This document shows, one piece after another, positions 10,425-22,400 of a DNA stretch of 32,000 nt. This stretch comes from Candidatus Saccharimonadota bacterium (lineage in GTDB: Bacteria > Bacillota_I > Bacilli_A > Mycoplasmatales > Hepatoplasmataceae). The position numbers and the translations under genes were made by a program. The stretch's first letter is position 1, and each line of letters begins with the position of its first letter. The notes beneath the pieces were generated by a model, which had not been told where the DNA came from, searched no databases, and was given only the letters and a program-made list of their open reading frames with translations. The DNA lies in contig AP027131.1 of assembly GCA_027925225.1 (NCBI GenBank), positions 360,001-392,000 on the forward strand. The letters run 5' to 3'.

Positions 10425-13400
10425 TTATGCTTCTCTTTTTCAAATATAAAATTTATTTTCTTTATTTTTAAGTAAATATTTAGAAAAATCAAATGTTTTA
10501 TTTTCTGATAATTTTCCCATATTAATTCAAATTCCATATTGAGGAGAATCTGAAGAAATAATAATACTATCTATAGGTAAATATAATTTTTTAATAATTT
10601 CATTTAAATTATTAATTTGATCTTGAACATTTTCGTTAATTAATTCTTGCGTTTCTCCATCTTTTATTATTTTATTCATTGATAAAATATTTGAAGTATT
10701 AGAAGTTGTAGAAAGAAAATTTGTTGCATTCATTAATTCTGCTATATTACTTGTATTTTCATCAATTTGAGTTTTTCAAGGGTTTATTCCTTGAAGTGGA
10801 TTTGTAGCACTATTATCTATTGTTAATGAAGAAGAAGAATTTATTTGAATTGTTCCATCTATTATATCTTCTATATTTTCAGTATTATTTGATATAGCAA
10901 CCGCATTTGCATCAATTTCAGATTTTCAAGAATTTATTCCTTCTGTTGAATTCGTTTCACTATCATCAATTAATTCTGAAGTATTAGTAATTAGAGTAAT
11001 AGATGTTGTTCCATCTATTATTCCTGCAATGTTTGCTGCATTTTCTGTTATTCCAATTGCATTTTCATCAATTTGAGTTTTTCAAGGATTTATTCCTTGA
11101 AGTGGATTTGTAGCACTGTCATCTGTTGTTAATGAAGAAATAGAATTTACTGAAGTTGTCCCATCAATTAAATCTTCTATATCTGCAGAATTTGCTGCTA
11201 TGCTTGAAGCATTTGCTGCAATAGCAATTACATTTGCATCAATTTGAGTTTTTCAAGAATTTATTCCTTCTGTTGAATTCGTTTCACTATCATCAATTAA
11301 TTCTGAAGTATTAGTAATTAGAGTAATAGATGTTGTTCCGTCTATTATTCCTGCAATGTTTGCTGCATTTTCTGTTATTCCAATTGCATTTTCATCAATT
11401 TGAGTTTTTCAAGGATTTATTCCTTGAAGTGGATTTGTAGCACTGTCATCTGTTGTTAATGAAGAAATAGAATTTACTGAAGTTGTCCCATCAATTAAAT
11501 CTTCTATATCTGCAGAATTTGCTGCTATGCTTGAAGCATTTGCTGCTATAGCAATTACATTTTCATCAATTTGAATTTTTCAAGGGTTTATTCCATCATC
11601 TGGATTTTCTTCACTATCATCTGTTAATAAAGATGAAGAAGAAGCACCGCCTGAAGGCCAAGCAGTAATTGATTCTCCAGCTAATGTTAATTTTGAATAA
11701 TTAAAAGTTCCATCTTCTATTGAAGCAATTTCTGCAGCATTTTCTGTTATTCCAATTGCATTTTCATCAATTTGAGTTTTTCAAGGGTTTATTCCTTGAA
11801 GTGGATTTGTAGAACTATCATCTGTTGTTAATGAAGAACGAGAAGTTACTGAAATTGTTCCATCAATTATGTCTGCTATATCTGCAGAATTTGCTGCTAT
11901 AGCAATTACATTTTCATCAATTTGAGTTTTTCAAGGATTTATTCCATCATCTGGATTTTCTTCACTATCATCTGTTAATAAAGATGAAGAAGAAGCACCG
12001 CCCGAAGGTCAAGCAGTAATTGATTCTCCAGCTAAAGTAATTTGAGAGAAATCAAAGTCTCCAGTTTTAATTGAATCTAAATCTTCAGTATTTTGACTAA
12101 CTTCAGCACTTAAATCGTCCAATGCATCATCAACATATAATTTGGGAACTGCAGAGCTATCACTTATAGGAAGAAGCACATCACCATTACTATGAATTAA
12201 ATTAATACTATCAGCTAAGATTCTTAATTCTGCATCTTCACTTGTAGTTAGATCTGTTTTTCTAATAAAAGGCGAACCATCTTCTGCATAACCAAATTCT
12301 GCTTCTTGGTTAAGCTCTTCATCTAGAAAATAATCATCTAATTTATCTTCTATTTCTAAAAGTTTAGGATTTATTCCTTCTTCTGGATTTGTTTCACTAT
12401 CATCAGTTATTCCTGAAGAAGCAGAAGCCCCATCACCCGAAGGTCAAGATGTTATTATTTCTCCATTTAAACTAATTTGAGGAAAATCAAAGTCTCCAGT
12501 TTCAATTGAATTTATATCATCGGTATTTTCATCAATTGCAGTTTTTCAAGGGTTTATTCCTTCAGTTGGATTTGTTTCACTATCATCAGTTATTCCTGAA
12601 GAAGCAGAAGCCCCATCACCCGAAGGTCAAGATGTTATTGAATTTCCATTTAAATTAATTGAATCAAAAGCAACATCTCCGCTTAACATTCCTGCTATAT
12701 CATCTGTATTTATATCAATTGCAGTTTTTCAAGGATTTATTCCTTGAAGTGGATTTGTAGAACTATCATCTGTTGTTAATGAAGAACGAGAAGTTACTGA
12801 AATTGTTCCATCAATTATGTCTGCTATATCATCGGTATTTTCATCAATTTGATTTTTTCAAGGATTTATTCCTTCGGTTGGATTTGTTTCACTATCATCA
12901 GTTATTCCTGAAGAAGCAGAAGCACCATCACCCGAAGGTCAAGATGTTATTATTTCTCCATTTAAACTAAGTTGAGGGAAATCAAAATCTCCAGTTTCAA
13001 TTGAATTTATATCATCGGTATTTTCATCAATTGCAGTTTTTCAAGGGTTTATTCCTTCGGTTGGATTTGTTTCACTATCATCAGTTATTCCTGAAGAAGC
13101 AGAAGCCCCATCACCCGAAGGTCAAGATGTTATTATTTCTCCATTTAAACTAAGTTGAGGGAAATCAAAGTCTCCAGTTTCAATTGAATTTATATCATCA
13201 GTGTTTTGACTAACTTCAGCACTTATATCACCCAATAAATTGTCAACATATAATTTAGGAACTGCAGAGCTATCACTTATAGGAAGAAGTACATCACCAT
13301 TACTATGAATTAAATTAATACTATCAGTTAAGATTCTTAATTCTGCATCTTCACTTGTTGTTAGATCTGTTTTTCTAATAAAAGGTGAACCGTTTTCTGT

Positions 13401-16400
13401 ATAACCAAATTCTGCTTCTTGATTAAGCTCTTCATCTAGAAAATAATCATCTAATTTATTTTCTATTTCTAAAAGTTTAGGATTTATTCCTTCGGTTGGA
13501 TTTGTTTCACTATCATCAGTTATATCTGAAGAAGCAGAAGCCCCATCACCCGAAGGTCAAGATGTTATTATTTCTCCATTTAAACTAAGTTGAGGAAAAT
13601 CAAAGTCTCCAGTTTCAATTGAATTTATATCATCGGTGTTTTCATCAATTGCAGTTTTTCAAGGGTTTATTCCGTCATCTGGATTTGTTTCACTATCATC
13701 TGTTATTTCTGAAGAAGCAGAAGCCCCATCACCCGAAGGTCAAGATGTTATTATTTCTCCATTTAAACTAAGTTGAGGAAAATCAAAGTCTCCAGTTTCA
13801 ATTGAATTTATATCATCAGTGTTTTGACTAACTTCAGCACTTATATCGCCCAATAAATTATCAACATATAATTTAGGAACTGCAGAGCTATCACTTATAG
13901 GAAGAAGTACATCACCATTACTATGAATTAAATTAATACTATCAGTTAAGATTCTTAATTCTGCATCTTCACTTGTTGTTAGATCTGTTTTTCTAATAAA
14001 AGGTGAACCGTTTTCTGTATAACCAAATTCTGCTTCTTGGTTAAGCTCTTCATCTAGAAAATAATCATCTAATTTATTTTCTATTTCTAAAAGTTTAGGA
14101 TTTATTCCTTCGGTTGGATTTGTTTCACTATCATCAGTTATTCCTGAAGAAGCAGAAGCCCCATCACCCGAAGGTCAAGATGTTATTATTTCTCCATTTA
14201 AACTAAGTTGAGGGAAATCAAAGTCTCCAGTTTCAATTGAATTTATATCATCGGTGTTTTCATCAATTGTAGTTTTTCAAGGGTTTATTCCGTCATCTGG
14301 ATTTGTTTCACTATCATCAGTTATTCCTGAAGAAGCAGAAGCCCCATCACCCGAAGGTCAAGATGTTATTATTTCTCCATTTAAACTAAGTTGAGGGAAA
14401 TCAAAGTCTCCAGTTTCAATTGAATTTATATCATCAGTGTTTTGACTAACTTCAGCACTTATATCGCCCAATAAATTATCAACATATAATTTAGGAACTG
14501 CAGAGCTATCACTTATAGGAAGAAGTACATCACCATTACTATGAATTAAATTAATACTATCAGTTAAGATTCTTAATTCTGCATCTTCACTTGTTGTTAG
14601 ATCTGTTTTTCTAATAAAAGGTGAACCGTTTTCTGTATAACCAAATTCTGCTTCTTGATTAAGCTCTTCATCTAGAAAATAATCATCTAATTTATTTTCT
14701 ATTTCTAAAAGTTTAGGATTTATTCCTTCGGTTGGATTTGTTTCACTATCATCAGTTATATCTGAAGAAGCAGAAGCCCCATCACCCGAAGGTCAAGATG
14801 TTATTATTTCTCCATTTAAACTAAGTTGAGGAAAATCAAAGTCTCCAGTTTCAATTGAATTTATATCATCGGTGTTTTCATCAATTGCAGTTTTTCAAGG
14901 GTTTATTCCGTCATCTGGATTTGTTTCACTATCATCTGTTATTTCTGAAGAAGCAGAAGCCCCATCACCCGAAGGTCAAGATGTTATTATTTCTCCATTT
15001 AAACTAAGTTGAGGAAAATCAAAGTCTCCAGTTTCAATTGAATTTATATCATCGGTATTTTGACTAACTTCAGCACTTATATCGCCCAATAAATTATCAA
15101 CATATAATTTAGGAACTGCAGAGCTATCACTTATAGGAAGAAGTACATCACCATTACTATGAATTAAATTAATACTATCAGTTAAGATTCTTAATTCTGC
15201 ATCTTCACTTGTTGTTAGATCTGTTTTTCTAATAAAAGGTGAACCGTTTTCTGTATAACCAAATTCTGCTTCTTGGTTAAGCTCTTCATCTAGAAAATAA
15301 TCATCTAATTTATTTTCTATTTCTAAAAGTTTAGGGTTTATTCCTTCGGTTGGATTTGTTTCACTATCATCAGTTATTCCTGAAGAAGCAGAAGCCCCAT
15401 CACCCGAAGGTCAAGATGTTATTATTTCTCCATTTAAACTAAGTTGAGGAAAATCAAAGTCTCCAGTTTCAATTGAATTTATATCATCGGTATTTGCATC
15501 AATTGTAGTTTTTCAAGGGTTTATTCCGTCATCTGGATTTGTTTCACTATCATCTGTTATTTCCGAAGAAGCAGAAGCCCCGTCACCCGAAGGTCAAGAT
15601 GTTATTATTTCTCCATTTAAACTAAGTTGAGGAAAATCAAAGTCTCCAGTTTCAATTGAATTTATATCATCGGTATTTGCATCAATTGTAGTTTTTCAAG
15701 GGTTTATTCCGTCATCTGGATTTGTTTCACTATCATCAGTTATATCTGAAGAAGCAGAAGCCCCATCACCCGAAGGTCAAGATGTTATTATTTCTCCATT
15801 TAAACTAAGTTGAGGAAAATCAAAGTCTCCAGTTTCAATTGAATTTATATCATCGGTGTTTTCATCAATTGTAGTTTTTCAAGGGTTTATTCCATCATCT
15901 GGATTTGTTTCACTATCATCAGTTATATCTGAAGAAGCAGAAGCACCATCACCCGAAGGTCAAGATGTTATTATTTCTCCATTTAAACTAAGTTGAGGGA
16001 AATCAAAATCTCCAGTTTCAATTGAATTTATATCATCGGTGTTTTCATCAATTGTAGTTTTTCAAGGATTTATTCCTTCGGTTGGATTTGTTTCACTATC
16101 ATCTGTTATTCCTGAAGAATTTAAATTTATTGTAATTGTTCCATCAATTATATCTGCTATATCATCTGCATTTGCATCAATTGTAGTTTTTCAAGGGTTT
16201 ATTCCATCATCTGGATTTGTTTCACTATCATCTGTTATATCTGAAGAAGCAGAAGCACCATCACCCGAAGGTCAAGATGTTATTATTTCTCCATTTAAAC
16301 TAAGTTGAGGGAAATCAAAGTCTCCAGTTTCAATTGAATTTATATCATCGGTGTTTTCATCAATTGTAGTTTTTCAAGGATTTATTCCTTCGGTTGGATT

Positions 16401-19400
16401 TGTTTCACTATCATCTGTTATTCCTGAAGAATTTAAATTTATTGTAATTGTTCCATCAATTATATCTGCTATATCATCTGCATTTGCATCAATTGCAGTT
16501 TTTCATGGATTTATTCCTTCTGTTGGATTTGTTTCACTATCATCTGTTATATCTGAAGAAGCAGAAGCCCCATCACCCGAAGGTCAAGATGTTATTATTT
16601 CTCCATTTAAACTAAGTTGAGGGAAATCAAAATCTCCAGTTTCAATTGAATTTATATCATCGGTGTTTTCATCAATTGTAGTTTTTCAAGGATTTATTCC
16701 TTCGGTTGGATTTGTTTCACTATCATCTGTTATTCCTGAAGAATTTAAATTTATTGTAATTGTTCCATCAATTATATCTGCTATATCATCTGCATTTGCA
16801 TCAATTGCAGTTTTTCATGGATTTATTCCTTCTGTTGGATTTGCTTCACTATCATCTGTTATATCTGAAGAAGCAGAAGCCCCATCACCCGAAGGTCAAG
16901 ATGTTATTATTTCTCCATTTAAACTAAGTTGAGGAAAATCAAAGTCTCCAGTTTCAATTGAATTTATATCATCGGTGTTTTCATCAATTGTAGTTTTTCA
17001 AGGATTTATTCCTTCGGTTGGATTTGTTTCACTATCATCAGTTATATCCGATGAAGCAGAAACCCCATCACCCGAAGGTCATTCTGTTATTGTGTCTCCA
17101 CCTAATGTTAATTTCGGAAAATCAATATTTCCACCTTGAATATCTTCAATATCTGATTTATTTGCTCTATTTATTGCTTCTTGATCACCTCCGCCTTCTG
17201 CAGTAGAACTAGTAGCTAAAATATCTGAAGTATAAAGTGTTCCGCCACTTCCGCCTGAAGGTCATTCTGTTATTGTGTCTCCGCCTAATGTTAATTTCGG
17301 AAAATCAATATTTCCATCTTGAATATCTCCAATATCTGAAGTATTATCTTCAATACTTGTTTTATTTGCTTTATTTATTGCTTCTTGATCACTTCCACCT
17401 TCTGAAGCAGAACTAGTAGCTAAAATGTCTGAAGTATAAAGTGTTCCGCCACTTCCTCCTGAAGGTCATTCTGTTATTGTATCTCCACCTAATGTTAATT
17501 TTGGAAAATCAATATTTCCTTCTTGAATATCTCCAATATCTGAAGTGTTTTGACTAATATCTGAAGTATTATCTTCAATACTTGTTTTATTTGCTCTATT
17601 TATTGCTTCTTGATCACTTCCGCCTTCTGAAGAAGAACTAGTAGCTAAAATATCTGAAGTATAAAGTGTTCCGCCACTTCCGCCTGAAGGTCATTCTGTT
17701 ATTGTATCTCCACCTAATGTTAATTTTGGAAAATCAATATTTCCACCTTGAATATCTCCAATATCTGAAGTATTATCTTCAATACTTGTTTTATTTGCTC
17801 TATTTATTGCTTCTTGATCACTTCCGCCTTCTGAAGAAGAACTAGTAGCTAAAATGTCTGATGTATAAAGTGTTCCGCCACTTCCTCCTGAAGGTCATTC
17901 TGTTATTGTATCTCCACCTAATGTTAATTTCGGAAAATTAATATTTCCATCTTGAATACTTTCAATATCTGATTTGTTTGCTCTGTTTATTATTTCTTGA
18001 TTATTTCCGCCTTCTGAAGTAGAACTAGAAGCTAAAATATCTGAAGTATAAAGTGTTCCGCCACTTCCATCTGAAGGCCATTCTGTTATTGTGTCTCCAC
18101 CTAATGTTAATTTTGGAAAATTAATATTTCCATCTTGAATATCTCCAATATCTGAAGTATTTTGACTAATGTCTGAAGTATTATCTTCAATACTTGTTTT
18201 ATTTGCTCTATTTATTGCTTCTTGATCACTTCCGCCTTCTGAAGTAGAACTAGAAGCTAAAATGTCTGATGTATAAAGTGTTCCACCGCTTCCATCTGAA
18301 GGCCATTCTGTTATTGTGTCTCCACCTAATGTTAATTTTGGAAAATTAATATTTCCATCTTGAATACTTTCAATATCTGATTTGTTTGCTCTGTTTATTA
18401 TTTCTTGATTACTTCCACCTTCTGAAGCAGAACTAGAAGCTAAAACGTCTGATGTATAAAGTGTTTCGCCGCTTCCATCTGAAGGTCATTCTGTTATTGT
18501 GTCTCCATTTAAAGTAATTGATGTAAATGGTAAATCGCCACCTATAAGATCTGCTATATCTGAAGCATTATCAGCAATATTTGAAGTATTTGTTGCAATG
18601 TCTGAAGTATTTGTTGCAATATTTGATTTATTTAATTCATTTATTATTTGTTGATTGCTTCCGCCTTCTAATGTAGAACTAACAGCAGTAATATCTGATG
18701 TTGAATAATCTTCTTCGCCAACTGAAGGTCATTCTGTTATTGTATTGCCATTTAAAATTAATTGTGGATAACTAATAATTCCACTTTTAATATCTAAAAT
18801 ATCTGAAGCATTTTTATCAACATTTACTTTATTTGCTTCATTTATTATTTGCTGAGTTCTTCCACCTTCTGCAGCAGAACTAACAGCATCAATATTTGAG
18901 GTTAAAGAATTTTCTCCTCCATCTGAAGGTCATTCTGTTATTGTGTCTCCATTTAAAGTAATTGATGTAAATGGTAAATCGCCACCTATAAGATCTGCTA
19001 TATCTGAAGAGTTTTTATTAATTTCAGAAGAATTTGCTGAAATTGTTTCTTTATTTAATTCATTTATTATTTGTTGAGTACTTCCACCTTCTAATGTAGA
19101 ACTAACAGCAGTAATATCTGATGTTGAGTAATTTTCTTCTCCGCCTGAAGGTCATTCTGTTATTGTGTCTCCATTTAAAGTAATTGATGTAAATGGTAAA
19201 TCGCCACCTATAAGATCTGCTATATCTGAAGCATTATCAGCAATATTTGAAGTATTTGTTGCAATGTCTGAAGTATTTGTTGCAATATTTGATTTATTTA
19301 ATTCATTTATTATTTGTTGGTTGATTCCGCCTTCTAATGTAGAACTAACAGCAGTAATATCAGAAGTTAAGTAATTTTCTTCTCCGCCTGAAGGCCATTC

Positions 19401-22400
19401 TGTTATTGTATCCCCGTTTAAAGTAATTGATGTAAATGGTAAATCTCCACTTATAAGATCTGCTATATCTGAAGCATTATCAGCAATATTTGAAGCATTT
19501 TCTGCAATGTCTGAAGTATTTGTTCCAATATTTGATTTATTGACTTCATTTATTACTTGTTGATTACTTCCTCCCTCTGATATAAAATTAACAGCCAAAA
19601 TATCTGAAGTTAAAGAAGACTCGCTTCCACCTGAAGGTCAAGAATCTATTGTATCTCCATTTAAATTAATTGATGTAAATGGTAAATCGCCACTTACAAG
19701 ATCTGCTATATCTGAAGTATTTGTTTCAATGTTTTCTTTATTTGATTCATTTATTATTTGTTGGTTTGCTCCACCTTCTAGTGTAGAACTAACAGCAGTA
19801 ACATCTGATGTTGAAGAGGCTCCTCCACTTCCGCCTGAAGGTCAAGAAGTAATTGTTTCTCCGTCTAAAATTAATTGTGGATAGTCAATAAGTCCACTTT
19901 CAATATCTGATATTTCTGAAGCATTTTTATCAATATTGATTTTGTTTGCTTCATTTATTATTTGTTGAGTATTTCCACCCTCTAATGTAGAACTAACAGC
20001 AGTAACGTCTGATGTTGAGGAAGCTCCTCCTTCTCCATCTGAAGGTCAGGTAGTAATTGTTTCTCCATTTAAGGTAATTGATGTAAATTCTAAATCTCCA
20101 CTTGTGATATCAGATATATCAGATTTATTTTCTAATATATCACTTGCATTTTCATCAATTGCAGTTTTTCAAGGATTTATTCCTTCGGTTGGATTTGTTT
20201 CACTATCATCTGTTATACCTGAAGAAGCAGAAGCTCCATCACCCGAAGGTCAAGAATCTATTGTATCTCCGTTTAAATTAATTGATGTAAATGGTAAATC
20301 TCCACTTACAAGATCTGCTATATCTGAAGTATTTGTTTCAATGTTTTCTTTATTTGCTTCATTTATTATTTGTTGGTTTGCTCCACCTTCTAGTGTAGAA
20401 CTAACGGCAGTAACATCTGATGTTGAAGAGGCTCCACCACTTCCGCCTGAAGGTCAAGAAGTAATTGTTTCTCCGTCTAAAATTAATTGTGGATAGTCAA
20501 TAAGTCCACTTTCAATATCTGATATTTCTGAAGCATTTTTATCAATATTGATTTTGTTTGCTTCATTTATTATTTGTTGAGTATTTCCACCCTCTAATGT
20601 AGAACTAACAGCAGTAACGTCTGATGTTGAAGAAGCTCCTCCTTCTCCATCTGAAGGTCAGGTAGTAATTGTTTCTCCATTTAAGGTAATTGATGTAAAT
20701 TCTAAATCTCCACTTGTAATATCAGATATATCACTTGCATTTTCATCAATTGCAGTTTTTCAAGGATTTATTCCTTCGGTTGGATTTGTTTCACTATCAT
20801 CTGTTATACCTGAAGAAGCAGAAGCCCCATCACCCGAAGGTCAAGTATTTATTGTTTCTCCATTTAAGGTAATTGATGTAAATTCTATATCTCCACTTGT
20901 AATATCAGATATATCAGATTTATTTTCTAATATATCACTTGCATTTTCATCAATTGCAGTTTTTCAAGGATTTATTCCTTCGGTTGGATTTGTTTCACTA
21001 TCATCAGTTATGCCCGAAGAAGCAGAAGCTCCATCACCCGAAGGTCAAGTATCTATTGTTTCTCCATTTAAATTAATTGATGTAAATTCTAAATTTCCAC
21101 TTGTAATATCTGCTATATCTGAAGCATTTTCATCAATTGCAGTTTTTCAAGGATTTATTCCAAAGGTTGGATTTGAAATACTATCATCTTCTGTTGAAGA
21201 AGAAACAGAATTTGTTAGAATTGTTCCATCTATTATTTTTGCTATATCACTTGCATTTTCATCAATTGTAGTTTTTCAAGGATTTATTCCTTCAGTTGGA
21301 TTTGTTTCACTATCATCTGTTATTCCTGAAGAAGCAGAAGCTCCATCACCCGAAGGTCAAGTATCTATTGTTTCTCCATTTAAATTAATTGATGTAAATG
21401 GTAAATCTCCACTTATAATATCTGCTATATCTGAAGTATTTGTATCAATACTTTCTTTATTTACTTCATTTATTAATTGTTGGTTTGCTCCGCCTTCTAA
21501 AGCAGAATCAACGGCTAAAAGATCTGATGTTGAAGAAGCTCCGCTTCCTCCCGAAGGTCAAGTGCTTATTGACTCTCCATTTAAAGTGATTTCTGTAAAA
21601 CCTAATTCTCCACTTCTAATATCTTCCATATCTGAAGTGTTTGATTCAATATTTTCTTTATTTAATAAATTTATTATTTGTTGATTTGCTCCACCTTCTA
21701 AGGCAGAGCTTACAGGAATAATATCTGATGTTGAAAAAGCCGAAGGTCAATTACTTATTGGTTGTTCATTTAAAATTAATTGAGGATAACTATTTAGGCC
21801 ACTTTTAATTTCTGCTATATCTTCTGCATTTTTATTAATACTTACTTTGTTTGCTTCATTTATTATTTGTTGATTTGCTCCACCCTCTGAAATAGAACTG
21901 ACTGCAATTATATCTGAGGTTGAAGCCCCATTTGCACCCGAAGGCCAAGTATCTATTGTTTCTCCATTTAAATTAATTTCTGTAAAAACAAATTCTCCAC
22001 TTGTAATGCTAGATATATTTGAAGTATTAGAAGCAATATTTGAAGTATTAGAAGCAATATTTGAAGTATTTGTATCAATACTTTCTTTATTTGATTCGTT
22101 TATTGATTGTTGATTTTCTCCACCTTCTAAAGCAGAATCAACGGCTAAAAGATCTGATGTTGAAGAAGTTCCGCCACTTCCGCCAGAGGGTCAAGTATCT
22201 ATTGTTTCTCCATTTAAGGTAATTGATGTAAATTCTAAATCTCCACTTGTGATATCTGCTATATTTGAAGCATTTGTCTCAATATTGATTTTATTTGCTT
22301 CATTTATTATTTGTTGATTTGCTCCACCTTCCAATGTAGAACTAACAGCAATAATGTCTGATGTTGAAGAAGTCCCACCACTTCCGCCCGAAGGTCAAGA

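Noticed and set aside
10405-10426. A 10-bp all-A/T inverted repeat (aaaattaaat / atttaatttt) overlapping the stop codon of the 4617-aa gene, considered as a possible terminator.
   Set aside because: The stem is entirely A/T with a 2-nt loop, which is thermodynamically weak and expected by chance in this composition. I did not call it. The terminator of this gene remains unidentified.
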